Of a DNA stretch of 64,000 nt, positions 61,652-64,000 are shown one piece after another. The stretch is from Ranitomeya imitator (Eukaryota). The DNA is taken from the NCBI RefSeq assembly GCF_032444005.1, contig NC_091284.1, positions 572,136,001-572,200,000 on the forward strand. Direction: 5' to 3'. The translations under genes were made by a program, and so were the position numbers. Numbering within the stretch: position 1 is the stretch's first letter; each line of letters begins with the position of its first letter. The notes under the pieces are model-generated. The model was not told where the DNA came from. It did not search any database and saw only the letters and a program-made list of their open reading frames with translations.

Positions 61652-64000
61652 GTACCCCCCCCCTTGAGGAGGGGTCACCGAACCCTCACCAGAGCCCCCA
61701 GGCCGACCAGGATGAGCCACATGAAAGGCACGAACAAGATCGGGAGCATGGACATCAGAGGCAAAAACCCAGGAATTATCCTCCTGAGCATAACCCTTCC
61801 ATTTAACCAGATACTGGAGTTTCCGTCTTGAAACACGAGAATCCAAAATCTTCTCCACAATATACTCCAATTCCCCCTCCACCAAAACCGGGGCAGGAGG
61901 GTCAACAGATGGAACCATAGGTGCCACGTATCTCCGCAACAATGACCTATGGAAGATGTTATGTATGAAAAAAGAATCTGGGAGGGTCAGACGAAAAGAC
62001 ACAGGATTAAGAACCTCAGAAATCCTATAAGGACCAATGAAACGAGGTTTAAACTTCGGAGAGGAAACCTTCATAGGAATATGACGAGAAGATAACCAAA
62101 CCAGATCCCCAACACGAAGTCGGGGACCCACACGGCGTCTGCGATTAGCGAAACGTTGAGCCTTCTCCTGGGACAAGGTCAAATTGTCCACTACATGAGT
62201 CCAAATCTGCTGCAACCTGTCCACCACAGTATCCACACCAGGACAGTCCGAAGACTCAACCTGTCCTGAAGAGAAACGAGGATGGAACCCAGAATTGCAG
62301 AAAAATGGCGAAACCAAGGTAGCCGAGCTGGCCCGATTATTAAGGGCGAACTCAGCCAAAGGCAAAAAGGACACCCAGTCATCCTGATCGGCAGAAACAA
62401 AGCATCTCAGATAGGTTTCCAAGGTCTGATTGGTTCGTTCGGTCTGGCCATTAGTCTGAGGATGAAAAGCCGAGGAAAAAGACAAGTCAATGCCCATCCT
62501 ACCACAAAAGGCTCGCCAAAACCTCGAAACAAACTGGGAACCTCTGTCAGAAACGATATTCTCTGGAATGCCATGCAAACGAACCACATGCTGGAAGAAC
62601 AATGGCACCAAATCAGAGGAGGAAGGCAACTTGGACAAGGGTACCAGATGGACCATCTTAGAAAAGCGATCACAGACCACCCAAATGACTGACATCTTTT
62701 GAGAGACGGGAAGATCTGAAATAAAATCCATAGAGATATGTGTCCAAGGTCTCTTCGGGACCGGCAAGGGCAAAAGCAACCCACTGGCACGAGAACAGCA
62801 GGGCTTAGCCCGAGCACAAATCCCACAGGACTGCACAAAAGAACGCACATCCCGCGACAGAGATGGCCACCAAAAGGATCTAGCCACTAACTCTCTGGTA
62901 CCAAAGATTCCAGGATGACCAGCCAACACCGAACAATGAACCTCAGAGATCACTTTATTTGTCCACCTATCCGGGACAAACAGTTTCTCCGCTGGACAAC
63001 GATCAGGTTTATTAGCCTGAAATTTTTGCAGCACCCGCCGCAAATCAGGGGCGATGGCAGACACAATTACTCCTTCCTTGAGGATACCCGCCGGCTCAGA
63101 TAAACCCGGAGAGTCGGGCACAAAACTCCTAGACAGAGCATCCGCCTTCACATTTTTAGAGCCCGGAAGGTACGAAATCACAAAGTCAAAACGGGCAAAA
63201 AACAGCGACCAACGAGCCTGTCTAGGATTCAAACGCTTAGCAGACTCGAGATAAGTCAGGTTCTTATGATCAGTCAATACCACCACGCGATGCTTAGCTC
63301 CTTCAAGCCAATGACGCCACTCCTCGAATGCCCACTTCATGGCCAGCAACTCTCGGTTGCCCACATCATAATTCCGCTCAGCAGGCGAAAACTTCCTGGA
63401 AAAAAAAGCGCATGGTTTCATCACAGAACAATCAGAACCTCTCTGCGACAAAACAGCCCCTGCTCCAATCTCAGAAGCATCAACCTCGACCTGGAACGGA
63501 AGAGAAACATCAGGTTGACACAACACAGGGGCAGAAGAAAAACGACGCTTCAACTCTTGAAAAGCTTCCACAGCAGCAGAAGACCAATTGACCAAATCAG
63601 CACCCTTCTTGGTCAAATCGGTCAATGGTTTGGCAATACTAGAAAAATTGCAGATGAAGCGACGATAAAAATTAGCAAAGCCCAGGAACTTTTGCAGACT
63701 TTTCAGAGATGTCGGCTGAGTCCAATCATGGATGGCTTGGACCTTAACAGGATCCATCTCGATAGTAGAAGGGGAAAAGATGAACCCCAAAAATGAAACC
63801 TTCTGCACACCAAAGAGACACTTTGATCCCTTCACAAACAAAGAGTTAGCACGCAGGACCTGAAAAACCGTTCTGACCTGTTTCACATGAGACTCCCAAT
63901 CATCCGAGAAGATCAAAATGTCATCCAAGTACACAATCAGGAATTTATCCAGGTACTCTCGGAAGATGTCATGCATAAAGGACTGAAACACTGATGGAGC
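61595..64000 (-). CDS. Gypsy (chromovirus) pol: RT end, RNase H, integrase, chromodomain; continues beyond the window
   Basis: Uninterrupted ORF: VYLDDILIFS, VEVDASEIGAG, ERNYDVGNRELLA, HxxxxxxH...CxxC, SMDFI, IVSDRG, GQTERTNQ, YIVEKILDSR...YLVKWKGY...NSW. Confidence 0.95.
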   Translation of the reverse strand, partial: APSVFQSFMHDIFREYLDKFLIVYLDDILIFSDDWESHVKQVRTVFQVLRANSLFVKGSKCLFGVQKVSFLGFIFSPSTIEMDPVKVQAIHDWTQPTSLKSLQKFLGFANFYRRFICNFSSIAKPLTDLTKKGADLVNWSSAAVEAFQELKRRFSSAPVLCQPDVSLPFQVEVDASEIGAGAVLSQRGSDCSVMKPCAFFSRKFSPAERNYDVGNRELLAMKWAFEEWRHWLEGAKHRVVVLTDHKNLTYLESAKRLNPRQARWSLFFARFDFVISYLPGSKNVKADALSRSFVPDSPGLSEPAGILKEGVIVSAIAPDLRRVLQKFQANKPDRCPAEKLFVPDRWTNKVISEVHCSVLAGHPGIFGTRELVARSFWWPSLSRDVRSFVQSCGICARAKPCCSRASGLLLPLPVPKRPWTHISMDFISDLPVSQKMSVIWVVCDRFSKMVHLVPLSKLPSSSDLVPLFFQHVVRLHGIPENIVSDRGSQFVSRFWRAFCGRMGIDLSFSSAFHPQTNGQTERTNQTLETYLRCFVSADQDDWVSFLPLAEFALNNRASSATLVSPFFCNSGFHPRFSSGQVESSDCPGVDTVVDRLQQIWTHVVDNLTLSQEKAQRFANRRRRVGPRLRVGDLVWLSSRHIPMKVSSPKFKPRFIGPYRISEVLNPVSFRLTLPDSFFIHNIFHRSLLRRYVAPMVPSVDPPAPVLVEGELEYIVEKILDSRVSRRKLQYLVKWKGYAQEDNSWVFASDVHAPDLVRAFHVAHPGRPGGSGEGSVTPPQGGGYCCEFCGRAPSCGHKWYFG

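Overview
Vertebrate genomic DNA, very probably a frog (inferred from the repeat landscape; species not determinable here). The only host gene I can support is the 3' end of ERCC5/XPG on the + strand: four coding exons (13755-13899, 16588-16788, 17573-17657, 29378-29923), including a U12-type AT-AC minor intron (16789-17572). Most of the rest is nested transposable elements: a near full-length CR1 LINE, two DIRS1-like tyrosine-recombinase retrotransposons, a Gypsy chromovirus running off the right edge plus older Gypsy remnants and a solo LTR, three Tc1 copies and fragments, Penelope-like pieces with decayed hammerhead ribozymes, Helitrons, piggyBac-like non-autonomous elements, a V-type SINE and many MITEs. 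Best leads: (1) a U_UUA_AAC slippery heptamer in the correct phase at the CR1 ORF1/ORF2 junction, suggesting -1 ribosomal frameshifting; (2) an in-frame Tc1 transposase::GIY-YIG endonuclease ORF between a complete pair of Tc1 ends; (3) a sense-strand spliceosomal intron in DIRS gag; (4) tandem monomers with a TATA-like box in the CR1 5' UTR; (5) composite MITEs carrying telomere-like repeats. All calls were made by eye and need alignment or HMM confirmation.
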